Shown here piece by piece: positions 17,987 to 25,357 of a stretch of DNA of 27,038 nt (its first letter is position 1; every line of letters starts with the position of its first letter). The stretch is from the IMG/VR virus record IMGVR_UViG_3300012348_000035, positions 1-27,038 of that record; one strand, 5' to 3'. This stretch comes from a virus. Taxonomy: Duplodnaviria > Caudoviricetes. A program made the position numbers and the translations under genes. The notes under the pieces are model-generated. The model did not search any database. It saw nothing but the letters and a program-made list of their open reading frames with translations, and was not told the DNA's origin.

Positions 17987-18205
17987 ATGACACAAGCAAT
18001 TTTTAAAATTGGTATTAACGGTGCTAAGTTTATTAGCACACTTGTTGATGCACAAAAACAAGCAGGCACAGACATTTTGTTTGTAGGCACAAACTACGCA
18101 GGTCAAGCACTGTGCTGGCAACAATATGTTGATGAAGCAAGTTATAAACACTTTCCGCAATGCTTTGCCGAAGTAACAGATTACAACTGGGAGAATTTAA
18201 AATGA
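17987..18205 (+). CDS. early hypothetical protein
   Basis: Start moved to ATG 17987; preceded by hairpin gagcaca..tgtgctc, TTAACTTTAA and AGAAAG (leader half of cassette only). Confidence 0.75.
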   Translation: MTQAIFKIGINGAKFISTLVDAQKQAGTDILFVGTNYAGQALCWQQYVDEASYKHFPQCFAEVTDYNWENLK

Positions 18206-18723
18206 ATAGAACTTATGCTAACATGGTCACGAATACAGCAAAGATGTTTGTAGGTCGTGAAGTTGAACGCACACCTTACTTTGGTCTACAAACACTATTT
18301 GTAGTTGGTAGTCCCCAAGACCAAGTAGACCTAATCTTAAAACACGCAGATGCTAACAACTGTGAACACATCTTTCTAGGTGCTAATCACAGTTATGAAC
18401 CGCAGAACATTGAAGAAGCAAATGAGTGGTCAATGGCAATTAGCACACTTGCTAAAAAATACAAAATTAGCGTTGATGTAGGATCAAACTTTTTACACTA
18501 TTTTAGACACAGTAAGACACATTTAATTAAAAATATTTGTTTACAAGTTAGATTGGAAATCAGCGACATGCATGAATACAATGACTTGGTAATGATTAAA
18601 ATTGATGATTCTGGTTTTAGGCACAGTAATCCAGGTATTTGGACTACACCATTGACTTCAATTTGCAGTGACGCTAACTTTACTGCTTGGGATGAATATA
18701 ACAAAGATAGGATTGTAAAATGA
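18202..18723 (+). CDS. conserved-looking phage hypothetical protein
   Basis: Start ATG 18202 (RBS gggag, ATGA overlap); motifs GREVERTP-GLQTLFVVG, HIFLGANHS, KIDD-F-NPGIW. Confidence 0.75.
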   Translation: MNRTYANMVTNTAKMFVGREVERTPYFGLQTLFVVGSPQDQVDLILKHADANNCEHIFLGANHSYEPQNIEEANEWSMAISTLAKKYKISVDVGSNFLHYFRHSKTHLIKNICLQVRLEISDMHEYNDLVMIKIDDSGFRHSNPGIWTTPLTSICSDANFTAWDEYNKDRIVK

Positions 18724-18899
18724 ACATGTATAAATTAGTTTTTGACAACACAGAAGGTGATGCTGTTCTAGCAGATTTGGAACGCATTGTTAACATGACC
18801 AAAGTAAACGCAGAAGATCCAAACTCTAATGCGGCAATTTGGAAGTGTGCGCAAATGGCGTTACTACAGCGTATTCGCAATCAAATTAACAAAGAATAA
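18720..18899 (+). CDS. 59-aa Bbp19-like phage protein (absent from ORF track)
   Basis: ATGA overlap; MNMYKLVFDNTEGDAVLADLERIV...ALLQRIRNQINKE*; 'Y-VF--EG--VLADL' pattern recalled from the Bbp19 family. Confidence 0.6.
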   Translation: MNMYKLVFDNTEGDAVLADLERIVNMTKVNAEDPNSNAAIWKCAQMALLQRIRNQINKE

Positions 18900-18900
18900 A

Positions 18901-19035
18901 TGTTGTAAAAACACAACAAATAACCCTACTAATACTAGGGTTATTAAATTGGCACAAATTGACTTTGGTGTTATAATAACTACATAGCGAAACAGTTCGT
19001 TATACAACTTAACTTAACTTAATCAGGAGATTACA
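18901..19035 (+). promoter_or_regulatory. early promoter/leader cassette 4
   Basis: TGTTG-N8-CAACA; aataacccta..tagggttatt; TTGGCA 18949 -17- TATAAT 18972; hairpin; (AACTT)3; AGGAG. Confidence 0.9.
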
Positions 19036-19302
19036 ATGGCTAACTTTATCGTAATGGAACTTGCTAAGGATCCCGAAAATTCCAAAGAATGGTTTTGGAC
19101 TGGTCGTAGTTTTATTGCTACATCTACAGGACATTCAGTAGATGAACTCAAACAAAGCAAATTCTTTTGCAGTAATTTCAATCGTCAATGCGATGAAGAA
19201 TTTGGCACTTGGGAAGGTGTAGAAATCCTACCATTTCCAAATACAAGTAATAAGCCTACTATGGTTAAAGTTTTAGATTACGCACTACCAGTAATGATTT
19301 AA
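19036..19302 (+). CDS. early hypothetical protein
   Basis: 88 aa ORF behind cassette 4. Confidence 0.8.
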   Translation: MANFIVMELAKDPENSKEWFWTGRSFIATSTGHSVDELKQSKFFCSNFNRQCDEEFGTWEGVEILPFPNTSNKPTMVKVLDYALPVMI

Positions 19303-19331
19303 TTGGCTTAAATTCACTTTTATTGTATAAT
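19303..19331 (+). promoter_or_regulatory. sigma70-type promoter
   Basis: TTGGCT -17- TATAAT. Confidence 0.65.
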
Positions 19332-19360
19332 ATACTTTTAACACACACAGAGGATTTATT

Positions 19361-19639
19361 ATGAAAACATTTTTACTTGAAGTTCCTTACACATCAACTT
19401 GGACTGTGCAGGAAACTACCACTTTGGAAATCACCGAAGACGAGATTTTGGACTACTTTGAAGTTGATGACTTCGACGAAATTGACGCAGATGCTCTCCA
19501 AGAGTTCTTCAAAGAGCAAGCTGAAGAAATTGACATTCCACGAAATGTATTGGCGGCTCAGTTTGCTGATGAAGTGTCCAACAACGCCACTGACTTTGAA
19601 GTTCAAGTTGATGACATTTCAGTTGAGGAGATTGTATAA
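19361..19639 (+). CDS. highly acidic protein, possible DNA mimic
   Basis: 27 Asp/Glu vs 3 Lys/Arg in 92 aa; RBS gagga. Confidence 0.75.
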   Translation: MKTFLLEVPYTSTWTVQETTTLEITEDEILDYFEVDDFDEIDADALQEFFKEQAEEIDIPRNVLAAQFADEVSNNATDFEVQVDDISVEEIV

Positions 19640-19824
19640 TGAACCGTGCTCAAGACTGCTTAACACAGATGCGTGACATTTATCAACAGTTCAGTGGCGA
19701 AGAAGTTGCACAGGCTATTCGTGTAATTAGAGCTGAATTGGTAGCAGAAGAACAAAGAACAGACTTACAGCGTGAGATTTTGGCTAAACAGGCTGTGTTG
19801 GATAAATTGACACAAAATCAATAA
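19639..19824 (+). CDS. small coiled-coil hypothetical protein
   Basis: TAATG coupling, RBS gaggag. Confidence 0.75.
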   Translation: MNRAQDCLTQMRDIYQQFSGEEVAQAIRVIRAELVAEEQRTDLQREILAKQAVLDKLTQNQ

Positions 19825-19835
19825 TCGTTTATAAT
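19807..19835 (+). promoter_or_regulatory. sigma70-type promoter overlapping the end of the upstream gene
   Basis: aaaTTGACAcaaa -17- TATAAT, same -35 context as the cassettes. Confidence 0.8.
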
Positions 19836-19891
19836 ACATACATGAACTAAGCATTTCGCTAAAAGTTTATAACTTAAGAAAGGGGTCCAAA

Positions 19892-20326
19892 ATGGCTCAA
19901 ACACTGAAAAGCAAGGTTAGTAAACTTGCACAAGCATATAGCATCACCGCTATCATTGATACTGCTAAACAAGTTCAAATTGAACAAGCAGATATCGCAA
20001 TCTGGGATGCAATGTCCACAGACGAGAAAACCGAATGGTTTCTTAATCAATGTAAAAAATATAACCTTACACCTTTGCATTTTGAAACTGCAATTTATAT
20101 AAAGGAATTTGTTAACTCTAAAGAACCATATTTTATTGCTTGGTTAGAAAACTGTGGCACAGGATATTGGCACATCGAGATTGGTAATAGTCTTTCTAAT
20201 ATTTGGCCTACTAGTCCTGGCATCAAAGGACAAGAAGAACAGATCAAACAAGTTATGCGTTTACGTCAAATGCAAGAATATAGTTCAAATAACCGTCTTG
20301 GTAAATTATTAAAGGAAGGCAAATAA
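19892..20326 (+). CDS. hypothetical protein
   Basis: 144 aa ORF, RBS agaaagggg. Confidence 0.8.
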   Translation: MAQTLKSKVSKLAQAYSITAIIDTAKQVQIEQADIAIWDAMSTDEKTEWFLNQCKKYNLTPLHFETAIYIKEFVNSKEPYFIAWLENCGTGYWHIEIGNSLSNIWPTSPGIKGQEEQIKQVMRLRQMQEYSSNNRLGKLLKEGK

Positions 20327-20327
20327 A

Positions 20328-21245
20328 ATGGCTACTAAACAAAAAACTAACGGACAATTCGGCATTACTTTTGCCAGTCCACTTAAACAAACAATGATTC
20401 AACGAGGTGCTATTGAAGATGCGGCTTTACGCAAATTCATTCGTAGTGCTATTGGTGTAAATAAAAAGAAAGTAGAAGCAACTCGTCACACTATTTTATC
20501 AGGTCCTCCGGGTGTTGGTAAAAGTTTTGGCACTATGGACGAATGTTCGGTAAACAATGTTGTTTATGTTACTATTCCTCCTGGCAGTAGCGATTTAGTA
20601 ATAACCACTATGCTAGCACACGAGGTTTGGAAACTTAAACCTAATGAAGAACTTGTAGTTATTCTTGATGATGCTGATGATGTAGTGTTTGGCAGTTATG
20701 AAACACTTAACAAGTGGAAAATTGCTATGGGTGATATCAATTATGATATTGGACAGATTCCATACTATGCTCATAATGTAAGTATGACTAACACTATTGC
20801 CAAACTTGAAGAAGTAGGCAAACAGGATCTTGCTGATGCACTTAAAAGTTTTCAATCTACTGGAAGCATTGGCGTAAATATTCCAACCGACCGAGTTCGT
20901 TTTGTTATTCTTTGTAATTTAGATTTAGAAGATCCAAAAGCATTTGGTAGAAATAAAGTTAAATCTGCTATTCCTGCTATTATGGATCGTTTTAATTATA
21001 GTCGCATTAACTTAAACTGGGAATACCAATGGGGTTGGTTGGCTTACGTTTTAAGCAACAGTCAACCTTTTGAAGGACATCCTTTAAGTGATGAACAGAA
21101 AAAAGAATTACTTGAATGGATGTATAGTAATTGGAATAACCTTCGCAGCACAAGTTATCGCATGGTGCGTAAATTAGCAGAAGCAGTGATCAACGAACCT
21201 GATAGTTATCAAGATAGTTGGGCAACTCAATTGAAAGGTCACTAA
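20328..21245 (+). CDS. AAA+ / P-loop ATPase
   Basis: Walker A GPPGVGKS, Walker B VVILDDAD, sensor-1 ILCN, arginine-finger-like AIMDRF. Confidence 0.88.
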   Translation: MATKQKTNGQFGITFASPLKQTMIQRGAIEDAALRKFIRSAIGVNKKKVEATRHTILSGPPGVGKSFGTMDECSVNNVVYVTIPPGSSDLVITTMLAHEVWKLKPNEELVVILDDADDVVFGSYETLNKWKIAMGDINYDIGQIPYYAHNVSMTNTIAKLEEVGKQDLADALKSFQSTGSIGVNIPTDRVRFVILCNLDLEDPKAFGRNKVKSAIPAIMDRFNYSRINLNWEYQWGWLAYVLSNSQPFEGHPLSDEQKKELLEWMYSNWNNLRSTSYRMVRKLAEAVINEPDSYQDSWATQLKGH

Positions 21246-21246
21246 A

Positions 21247-21906
21247 ATGAAACAATCTTCATCTAAAAATGATTTATATTCTGGTTTGGAAGATATTTTG
21301 CCAACGAAAAAAGAATTAAGTTGGGAAACTCGTAGTGCTAATCCTGTATATCGCGAAAATCTTAAAAAAGGTAAAGAAAAATTAAAAGATGATCTTGAAC
21401 ACCAATCAAGATTATTGTCAGCGGCTGATAAAAAACGCAATGATCCAAATTGGAAATTGTCTTTACAAAAAGGTATCAATGCAAGATTTGCAAAACAAAA
21501 TGGATTAATATATACTCCATATGGTGTTTTTAACACATTAACAGAAGCATCTAATGTTTTAAATATTGATGGCAGAACTATATTAAAAAGAATTAAGGAA
21601 AAGGTAGACTATCTTTATATTCCTTTTGATTTTGATATTTCTAAAATTGATTTATTAATAGAAGAAAAAAGAAAAACACTTAAGCCAAAGATTAAAAAAT
21701 CAAAATGCGGACAAGGAATGTCTAAACCTATACAAACACCTTTTGGTTTGTTTATTACTTTAGGAGTGTGTTATAATTATATAAAAGAAAATAATATAAT
21801 GAAGGATCCAAGTCGTAAAATTCCAAAACTTATTAAAACTAATCCTAAAGATTATTATCATATTACTCAAAAAGAATATATTATGCTAACAGGTCGGGAA
21901 ATTTAA
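21247..21906 (+). CDS. NUMOD-like DNA-binding repeat protein (homing-endonuclease related)
   Basis: Basic; two modules 'IYTPYGVFNTLTEA' and 'KPIQTPFGLFITLGVC'; no catalytic motif recognised. Confidence 0.6.
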   Translation: MKQSSSKNDLYSGLEDILPTKKELSWETRSANPVYRENLKKGKEKLKDDLEHQSRLLSAADKKRNDPNWKLSLQKGINARFAKQNGLIYTPYGVFNTLTEASNVLNIDGRTILKRIKEKVDYLYIPFDFDISKIDLLIEEKRKTLKPKIKKSKCGQGMSKPIQTPFGLFITLGVCYNYIKENNIMKDPSRKIPKLIKTNPKDYYHITQKEYIMLTGREI

Positions 21907-21926
21907 GATTCTTAGACTAAATACTA

Positions 21927-22073
21927 GTGTAGCAGGCAAGACATAATCTCTATGTTGTTCCTTTAAAACGTTATTTGCCAAAGTAAACCTCAAAGACCTG
22001 TTACACGATCTAACCTGCAATGGGAAGGATCACTGAAAACCTCCGTTTAGCGCATTTTCGGAGGTTTTCTTTT
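21927..22073 (+). ncRNA. candidate ~145-nt structured small RNA
   Basis: TAAATA at 21918; closing stem 21927-36/21997-22006 with two inner hairpins; own terminator; no ORF. Confidence 0.5.
22035..22073 (+). terminator. rho-independent terminator
   Basis: gaaaacctccg / cggaggttttc 11-bp stem followed by T run. Confidence 0.8.
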
Positions 22074-22086
22074 GGCTAAATTAAAC

Positions 22087-22124
22087 TTGTATAATTCAAT
22101 GATTTAGAGTATAATAGATAAATA
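22087..22124 (+). promoter_or_regulatory. tandem sigma70-like and TAAATA promoters
   Basis: TTGTAT -17- TATAAT (22110), then TAAATA (22119). Confidence 0.55.
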
Positions 22125-22149
22125 CTTTACAGGCAAATAAGGAGAATAT

Positions 22150-22509
22150 ATGCAAGCACAAGGACCGTGGTTAGTAGCTAAATGTGATTTTGGCACTAGC
22201 AAGCAAAGTGGTGGTGACATGACTACCATAACAATGATTAACCAAAAACAAGAAATAGCTCACACTTATGTTGAACACAGTAATAAGAACTATCAACACT
22301 GGGCCAATGTAATTAAAGGCTTTGATCTAGGCTGGGGCATTACTATTGATAATCTACGTTACAAAGTAAAGAATAAAGAGATACAGCAACGCCATATCAA
22401 AATTCATAATATTAAAGAAAATTTAATTGATGCGGATAGTTTACCCAGAAGTGTCTCAGTTGAAGATACACTACAACTAGCAGTAGATAAATTTTTTAAA
22501 AGCATATGA
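22150..22509 (+). CDS. hypothetical protein
   Basis: 119 aa, RBS taaggag. Confidence 0.8.
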   Translation: MQAQGPWLVAKCDFGTSKQSGGDMTTITMINQKQEIAHTYVEHSNKNYQHWANVIKGFDLGWGITIDNLRYKVKNKEIQQRHIKIHNIKENLIDADSLPRSVSVEDTLQLAVDKFFKSI

Positions 22510-22790
22510 TAAAATACTATACTTGGATGATGGATGAAGTAACCTATGAAGAGTTGATGACTATCAAAGGTATCATACCTAATTTTAGAGCAATTCGCTC
22601 AAGCACCGAAGAAGAATATTATTACATTGGAGAAGGACTTAATATTTTCAATGATGAAGAATATTTTTTATTAAAAATGGTTTGGCCTAATATTATCTGT
22701 GTTGATGAGATTACCGAAGAACAAGCAAAAAAATACAAGCAACGATATCCATTGGATATGAAACTCAAAGGCACAAAAACATTTGTTTAA
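22506..22790 (+). CDS. hypothetical protein
   Basis: 94 aa, ATGA overlap. Confidence 0.7.
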   Translation: MIKYYTWMMDEVTYEELMTIKGIIPNFRAIRSSTEEEYYYIGEGLNIFNDEEYFLLKMVWPNIICVDEITEEQAKKYKQRYPLDMKLKGTKTFV

Positions 22791-22807
22791 AAAATAGAAA
22801 CAAAGAC

Positions 22808-23345
22808 TAAATACAGTATAGGCAAATGACGCTACCCAGCTCAAAATTACAATTTAACTTTTAAACCCAGCGACACAAATCTCCTCTGTGCGTGGCAGAG
22901 ACCAAAGCGTGGACAATACTAAACGCAAAGTCTGTAAAAAACATAGCAAGCCAATTATGCGGCAGCCCCTGGGAAGGGATTCGTTTTGACTACAATTTTT
23001 AACACCAGTGGATTGCAGTTGGGGCACAGCATAATAATTAAGTTTTCAGCGTCTATACCCTTTAGGGCACGGATTGAACTTGCAGTTTTATACCTGCGAA
23101 TCAATTGGGGGGAGGGGTGATGTTCTATCTATTAATTACTAACAAACATTAAGCCGTCCAACTGCTAGCGCAGTTAGCCGTAGAAGTAGACAAAACACTC
23201 ACTTCGTTCGTTCTCTTGTCTCTTCTATTTTACTGCGTAGTAAATTTAAACGAGTTGTTTGTGAGTCAAAAGACGAAACAAACACACGAGTTTGGATCTG
23301 TAAGATCCTTTTATCAACCCTGCATGTCTGATGAAAAATATCATC
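22808..23345 (+). other. long hairpin-dense non-coding region; candidate replication origin or large ncRNA
   Basis: TAAATA at 22808, many inverted repeats, G6AG4 tract at 23107-23117, no + strand ORF. Confidence 0.45.
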
Positions 23346-23397
23346 TATAAAACACAGATAAATGACAAAACAAATAAATACATAACAAGGAAACATT

Positions 23398-23715
23398 ATG
23401 ATAGATATGGAGATTGAATTTATGAGTCAGCAATGGACAATCAGAGCAGCAAAGCCAAAAGAACTAGTTGATTGTTTGGGGTTATGTGATCCCACAACTA
23501 ATACAATTATTATTGATCCGGATTTACCCCCAAGTGTTATGCTACAAACTTTAACGCACGAATGGGTTCATTTAATTGAAATGACAATGAACTTGCATTT
23601 AACGGAAACGCAGACCGATGCTATGGCAGCAGGTATCTTGCACTTGCTGGCTACAAATCCAGAACTACATGCATTGTATCTAAGTAAGCTAGACAATGAG
23701 GAAGACTATCAATGA
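23398..23715 (+). CDS. HEXXH zinc metallopeptidase-like protein (ImmA/IrrE-like fold)
   Basis: 'GLCD...TIIID...QTLTHEWVH...E' motif; TAAATA at 23375. Confidence 0.7.
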   Translation: MIDMEIEFMSQQWTIRAAKPKELVDCLGLCDPTTNTIIIDPDLPPSVMLQTLTHEWVHLIEMTMNLHLTETQTDAMAAGILHLLATNPELHALYLSKLDNEEDYQ

Positions 23716-24077
23716 GACATGATCATCACAGTATAAGTCCACAATACAAGCACGTTGGTGAATGGTCGTGGAACGACGAGATACTTTGGAGTAAAGTTGA
23801 AGTTAGTTTAGATATTACAGAATGCTGGCCTTGGCAGGGAGCAATGAGTCCCACAGGTGCATTATTTGGCGGTAGAAAAAACGGTAAGCCACAGATGTCA
23901 CAGGCACGCCGTTTTATTTGGATGAGTGAAACCAATGAAGATGCAACTCCGTATAGAATAACAATGACTTGTCACAACCAGCAATGTCTAAACAGTCAGC
24001 ATTTCAAACTAGAAAGAAACTTAAAATATAAAAATATTCCATGGGCTACGTTTGATGGAGATAACACTAATGAATAA
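23712..24077 (+). CDS. degenerate HNH/His-Me nuclease-like protein
   Basis: 'ECWPWQGA' and 'TCHNQQCLNSQH' retained; expected histidines replaced (ARRF, ITMTC). Confidence 0.65.
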   Translation: MRHDHHSISPQYKHVGEWSWNDEILWSKVEVSLDITECWPWQGAMSPTGALFGGRKNGKPQMSQARRFIWMSETNEDATPYRITMTCHNQQCLNSQHFKLERNLKYKNIPWATFDGDNTNE

Positions 24078-24288
24078 TATTATTGAAACTCGTATCAGTC
24101 AATATAGATTTGCAGAAATGGATGAAGACACAGAACATAACTTAAAAGATGTGTCAAAGAGATTTGCCAAAGACATGCGCTTTGATTTTAACTTTGAATA
24201 CTACAGCATCTACTGGACTGAAGAGAATTGGCTGTTAGCAAAACTAGCAATGCCAGAACTAGATGTTATATTAACGAGGGTTCCTTGA
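24070..24288 (+). CDS. hypothetical protein
   Basis: Start moved to ATG 24070 (RBS ggag). Confidence 0.7.
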   Translation: MNNIIETRISQYRFAEMDEDTEHNLKDVSKRFAKDMRFDFNFEYYSIYWTEENWLLAKLAMPELDVILTRVP

Positions 24289-24551
24289 TGGCAAGACCAC
24301 AGCCAACAATATTAATGACCACTGAATATCAAGGAGTTAATCAACTTGATATATTAAAAGCAGATGGACTATGGGCAGTAGTATATCGAGGACAGCCAAT
24401 TAATGTTAGAAAAACACTGCTGACATTACAGGGAGAATCATTTAAGTATCAACGTGGCACTTATCCCAGTCCAGCTCCAGCAAGAATACTAGCGGAAAAG
24501 TTAAATGAATTATTTTACTGCACAGACTTTGCAGTAGTTAAAGTTTTATAA
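24288..24551 (+). CDS. conserved-looking phage hypothetical protein (MARPQP... type)
   Basis: Start ATG 24288 (TGATG coupling, RBS gaggg); motifs WAVVYRGQPIN, LAEKLNELF-TDFAV. Confidence 0.75.
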   Translation: MARPQPTILMTTEYQGVNQLDILKADGLWAVVYRGQPINVRKTLLTLQGESFKYQRGTYPSPAPARILAEKLNELFYCTDFAVVKVL

Positions 24552-24564
24552 AGGTAAATATGTA

Positions 24565-24786
24565 ATGGCAACAAGACAAGGACAGTTTATGGTTTTCTCA
24601 ACAGGTGCACCAAAAGAAGAATTTGATATCATCAGCAATGAAGATTATAAGCTCAGAGTTAAAAAGACTTGGGTTGAAGCAACCAGTGTATGGCACGTTA
24701 AGATTACTAGTCAAAGTGTATTTGATCGTAGTTTTGAAATGTTTCTCACACACGAAGAATTAAAAAGATTAAAGGATGTATTATAA
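24565..24786 (+). CDS. hypothetical protein
   Basis: 73 aa, RBS aaggt. Confidence 0.7.
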   Translation: MATRQGQFMVFSTGAPKEEFDIISNEDYKLRVKKTWVEATSVWHVKITSQSVFDRSFEMFLTHEELKRLKDVL

Positions 24787-24923
24787 TGTTATTAAGTTTA
24801 CAAGAACGAGTCTTAGAACAACAACTAAGATTCTATTTAATGGTTAATGGCATACTGGCAATCTCAGTGTTTGCAAGTGCAGCCTTTTTGTTGTATAAAA
24901 TAGTGAAAGCGATCGTTGCGTGA
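24786..24923 (+). CDS. 45-aa single-pass membrane protein (absent from ORF track)
   Basis: TAATG and GTGA coupling on both sides; MLLSLQERVLEQQLRFYLMVNGILAISVFASAAFLLYKIVKAIVA*. Confidence 0.65.
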   Translation: MLLSLQERVLEQQLRFYLMVNGILAISVFASAAFLLYKIVKAIVA

Positions 24924-25357
24924 AACCAGGACCAAAACCAGACAGTAAATGGGGATCAAAGATTGTTGAAGGCAAGTTAGTGGGTCGCAACAATGTTGTA
25001 GTGCCTCCAGCAGAAGTTGAAGATCTAGCACAGATTGGCTGCACTGACAGAGATATTGCTAACTGGTTTGGCATAGATGAAAACACACTAAGATACAATT
25101 TTAGCGATTATCTCATAAAAGGCAGAGAAAACTTAAAAATATCACTACGCAGAGCCATGCTTAAAAATGCTTGTGCTAACTTAAATGCCGCAGTTCAAAT
25201 CTTCTTAGCGAAAAACATGTTGGGCATGAGCGACAGTGGTATGAGCACAGACAATTCAAAAGTATTGCCATTTACTGATGACGATGATGATAAACCCACT
25301 GAAGAACAGTTGGATGATATGCGTGAAGAACTTAAAGAACTAGATGGCGTTAAGTAA
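24920..25357 (+). CDS. terS: terminase small subunit
   Basis: HTH 'GCTDRDIANWFGIDENTL', 'IFLAKNMLGMSD', overlaps terL start. Confidence 0.8.
   Translation: MKPGPKPDSKWGSKIVEGKLVGRNNVVVPPAEVEDLAQIGCTDRDIANWFGIDENTLRYNFSDYLIKGRENLKISLRRAMLKNACANLNAAVQIFLAKNMLGMSDSGMSTDNSKVLPFTDDDDDKPTEEQLDDMREELKELDGVK

Noticed and set aside
16551-19035. Repeats as a CRISPR array or integron attC sites
   Set aside because: Repeats are ~135-bp promoters separated by whole genes; no cas or integrase gene and no GTTRRRY/RYYYAAC architecture
19377-19676. Alternative-frame + strand ORF (also 7539-7724)
   Set aside because: Nested in RBS-supported genes with no initiation signals of their own
21927-22006. tRNA gene
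   Set aside because: Multibranch fold of similar size, but no T-loop GTTC motif, D-loop GG or 7-nt anticodon loop
23199-23396. 65-aa minus-strand ORF in the non-coding region
   Set aside because: No RBS, opposite to genome polarity, runs through a hairpin cluster
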